Below the pieces are notes generated by a model. The model was given only the letters and a program-made list of their open reading frames with translations, was not told the DNA's origin and made no database searches. Positions 61,341-64,000 of a stretch of DNA of 64,000 nt are shown one piece after another. The DNA is from Pleurocapsa sp. (GTDB lineage: Bacteria; Cyanobacteriota; Cyanobacteriia; Cyanobacteriales; Xenococcaceae): positions 5,787-69,786 of the forward strand of contig JBHJNW010000088.1 of NCBI GenBank assembly GCA_050330395.1, read 5' to 3'. Numbering within the stretch: the stretch's first letter is position 1; every line of letters begins with the position of its first letter. Both the position numbers and the translations under genes were made by a program.

Positions 61341-62321
61341 TTAATCTGTCAATTTAATCAGCCGAGAGATTTCCTGATGTACCGAAGCATTCCATCGCTC
61401 ACGATATGGGGCAAGATCTAACTCTTGTAGAGATAAGTTCTCGATCGCCTGAATAATTGATTCAGAAGAATTTTCTACTAGCACAGCCCATTCGCCAAAA
61501 AGCTTTTGAGTCAGAGAGGTCTTACTAATAATTAGTTGAGTGTTGGAAGATAAAGCTTCACAAGCACCGCTTGGCTGAGTCGCATCGCTAGTAGTCAAAA
61601 CCAACGCTGCCAAGCTAGAACACAACATCTGATGATATTCGGCTGTCGCTAAAAAACCAGTAAGCTTGACATTCTTTAATAGCCTGAGTTTGGCTGCTGT
61701 TTCTAAAGCGAGTTTATCAGGATCGGCAGTAATAATAAAATCAAAATCAGCTAGTGCTGCCATGGTTTCAATTAGCAAATCTACTGGTTCATCCCAAGGA
61801 TCAAAAGAAGCAATGACTAATATCTGCTTTGGATGGCGTTTTTGAGCTTGAGCCGGTTGGATTGATTCAAGTGGATCGCAAATAGTAAACAGTTGAGCTG
61901 AGGGATAATTCTTTTTAACCAACTGAAACATTTCTGCATTGTGTACAATTATCCCTAAAGCATTATGCAATATACTTTTACTTAAAGGTAGATTCTGCCA
62001 CATTGCCACTTGAAACAATGGATTATGAGCATCAATCACGTATGGAGTCTTAGCGAGCCACGGGGGAAGTGCGCTAAAAGTAGGAGGACATTGAGCAACA
62101 ACAAACTTGGGTTTTCTGAGCCAGATATCTTTAACGCTGACTATTAATTTAATTAAATAATCAAGCGGACGCAAATATTTGTTTTTAAATAAATGGGGAA
62201 TAAATTTTAGTTTGCAGTTTATTAGAGGTGCCATGACTTCTGCTCTTCTTTGATATTTTTTCCAAACGAGGAATAAACCAAAAGATTTTTGATTAACGGT
62301 GGGATCGGACATTATGATCAA
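61341..62321 (-). CDS. Putative glycosyltransferase (GT-B like)
   Basis: 326 aa with a two-lobed Rossmann-like layout and a C-terminal QPSGACEALS segment resembling the GT1 donor-binding region. Context supports the call. Confidence 0.4.
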   Translation of the reverse strand: MIIMSDPTVNQKSFGLFLVWKKYQRRAEVMAPLINCKLKFIPHLFKNKYLRPLDYLIKLIVSVKDIWLRKPKFVVAQCPPTFSALPPWLAKTPYVIDAHNPLFQVAMWQNLPLSKSILHNALGIIVHNAEMFQLVKKNYPSAQLFTICDPLESIQPAQAQKRHPKQILVIASFDPWDEPVDLLIETMAALADFDFIITADPDKLALETAAKLRLLKNVKLTGFLATAEYHQMLCSSLAALVLTTSDATQPSGACEALSSNTQLIISKTSLTQKLFGEWAVLVENSSESIIQAIENLSLQELDLAPYRERWNASVHQEISRLIKLTD

Positions 62322-62375
62322 TTCTTAACTAGTTTAAATTGTTAAAAGTGTATAGCTTTACGTAGTGTTATTAAA

Positions 62376-62520
62376 TAGACCAATGTGCATGAATCATAAA
62401 TTTTGGTTGGGTATGAAGTATGAAGTATGAAGTATGAAGTATGAAGTATGAAGTATGAAGTATGAAGTATGAAGTATGAAGTATGAAGTATGAAAAAGTA
62501 TATTTATGCACATTGGTCTA
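62376..62520. repeat. 12 tandem copies of the heptamer GTATGAA (62411-62494), bracketed by a perfect 15-bp inverted repeat
   Basis: Read directly. TAGACCAATGTGCAT (62376-62390) is the exact reverse complement of ATGCACATTGGTCTA (62506-62520). The 84 nt between them is an uninterrupted (GTATGAA)12 array. Confidence 0.95.
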
Positions 62521-62578
62521 ATTTAGATATGGCGATGATTGTTTTTATGTCAGGTATTTGATTTATCTTCAAGTTAGA

Positions 62579-64000
62579 TTACTCTTTTTTTGACTCCTGA
62601 ATTCTGACGATACATTGAGCATTTAAAAGGTTTAATTTTGTAGTTTTAAATATGCTACATCGGTCTACTTTACTAACGATTGAAGGTTCTTTGGCTTGTT
62701 GTAAAGAAGCGATCGCATTGGGCGTTTCTGGCTGAAACTGACTTAGCCAAGGGTTAGTACTTAAGTATTCAGGGGTGAAAGCAGCTTGATCGATCAGCCA
62801 TAAATCGACTTGGTACTGTTGAATAAACTGATTGAGAGCGGCTTGATTAGAGCTATATTGAGCCTGAATCAAATCTTTGGTTCGCTGACGAATTTGGGCA
62901 TAATAGTCCCAATGGTAGGGAATACTGTATTCTTTGGAAACCAAGACTGTACGCTGGGCAAAGCTAGGGATAAAGTCTGCTTCCAAACTAAGGCTAGCAA
63001 TAACAACATCTTTAGGTTGCTGCTGTAAAAATTGATAAAGCTGTGGTGCTTGCCCCGTAAGATAGCTGAGTCGCTCAGAACGAGACTGAACTTTAATCGT
63101 CGGATACAAGATGACGATCATCGCGATGATCGCGATCGCCAGCTGGCGTTTTTTAGGCAAATTTGCCATGTTTAGCAGGAGTTGACGCAGCAATATAGCC
63201 AGAGCGATTCCAGTGCTTAAGGCAATAATAATTCGCCAAGTATGTTGAGAATATCGACTGGGCAAATGTAAGCGAAATAGCAGTAAATGAGACAGGAAAA
63301 ATAAACCCAGAGAAGTAAAAAGTATTTGCCAAATAATCCTCACTTTAGCGTTAATTTTACGGACTAAAGGAAACTGACGCGGGAATCTAGTGATGAGCGG
63401 CAAAAACAAGCCAAAGGCACACATTGCTGAATATTGCCATTCAAAAGGGAAAAATCCGCTTCTTTTAGCTGATAGCCAAAAAATCCAGGGATTTTCTCCA
63501 AAAAACTCGCTTCTTCCTCCCGGATAAAATTCGGGTAGCCGTTTGGCAGCTTCTAAAGTTATAACTTCACTAAATTCGGCAGTTTGTAGTTGATAAACTC
63601 CCAAAATAAAAACTGCCGCGATTAATCCGATTAAATAAAAATATCTGCCTTGTTGAGTAATCAGATTGAGACTAAGAATACCTGCGGAGATTAAGACTAC
63701 TTGGGGATAAAACAAACCCTGCAAAATAATTAGCAGCAGACAGGGGAACAATTCTTGCCGCAGTAAATAATAAATAAATCCGAGAAACAAAATATAAAAA
63801 AAAGCTCTGGGAGTACCCGAAACCAGATCGTTTAATAGCCAGAGATTTTGATTTAACAGCAGACTAGACAAAAACCCCGCCAAGGGGAGAGGAAAGATTT
63901 CAAGAGTTACTAAAAAAGCATAAATGCTAGTGCCAACACCAAGCAACAAAGGAAGTATTTTATTAAATACTAGTGGTTCGAGTCCCAATAAATTAGCGAA
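62579..64000 (-). CDS. Polytopic membrane protein with a C-terminal soluble domain (GT-C/ArnT-like architecture?). The 5' end lies beyond the window.
   Basis: At least 10 hydrophobic helices followed by a roughly 170-aa hydrophilic tail. The frame stays open past the listed start to the window edge. Confidence 0.55.
   Translation of the reverse strand, partial: FANLLGLEPLVFNKILPLLLGVGTSIYAFLVTLEIFPLPLAGFLSSLLLNQNLWLLNDLVSGTPRAFFYILFLGFIYYLLRQELFPCLLLIILQGLFYPQVVLISAGILSLNLITQQGRYFYLIGLIAAVFILGVYQLQTAEFSEVITLEAAKRLPEFYPGGRSEFFGENPWIFWLSAKRSGFFPFEWQYSAMCAFGLFLPLITRFPRQFPLVRKINAKVRIIWQILFTSLGLFFLSHLLLFRLHLPSRYSQHTWRIIIALSTGIALAILLRQLLLNMANLPKKRQLAIAIIAMIVILYPTIKVQSRSERLSYLTGQAPQLYQFLQQQPKDVVIASLSLEADFIPSFAQRTVLVSKEYSIPYHWDYYAQIRQRTKDLIQAQYSSNQAALNQFIQQYQVDLWLIDQAAFTPEYLSTNPWLSQFQPETPNAIASLQQAKEPSIVSKVDRCSIFKTTKLNLLNAQCIVRIQESKKE

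Noticed and set aside
63975-63985. GGTTCGAGTCC, a tRNA T-arm-like word.
   Set aside because: The flanking bases do not form a T-stem, and no acceptor or anticodon arms can be drawn upstream. It lies inside the membrane-protein ORF.

Overview
This window is a segment of an AT-rich cyanobacterial chromosome. The assignment rests on dense HIP1 octamers (GCGATCGC) and on lineage-typical genes: cpcBA-cpcEF, ccmK3/ccmK4, cp12, sasA and ycf65. I found no rRNA, tRNA, CRISPR array, transposase or prophage. Most of the roughly 55 genes are housekeeping: ftsI, clpB, ppc, glmM, cysS, ilvA, cysC, atpDC, a GH57 branching enzyme, ggt and a SEDS protein.

The stand-out locus is a minus-strand operon at 36411-41045. 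It encodes a 61-aa precursor with a textbook double-glycine leader and a Gly/Tyr-repeat core ending in a Lys/Arg/His tail. Next come a 12-bp hairpin, a C39-peptidase ABC exporter, and an HlyD-type adaptor with a response-regulator receiver domain fused to its N-terminus. The adaptor is split by a 1-nt indel in an A-run. A paralogous tail-anchored receiver protein lies about 4 kb away.

Other points worth a second look:
- Two more indel-type disruptions: the ggt C-terminus, and a small zinc-ribbon ORF at a (CT)3 run.
- Two heptamer tandem-repeat families, including a 12-copy array bracketed by a perfect 15-bp inverted repeat inside a glycosyltransferase cluster.
- A GC-rich, ORF-free intergenic patch upstream of sasA.
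- Several strong hairpins and terminators.

All functional calls come from reading motifs in the supplied translations. No database search was run.
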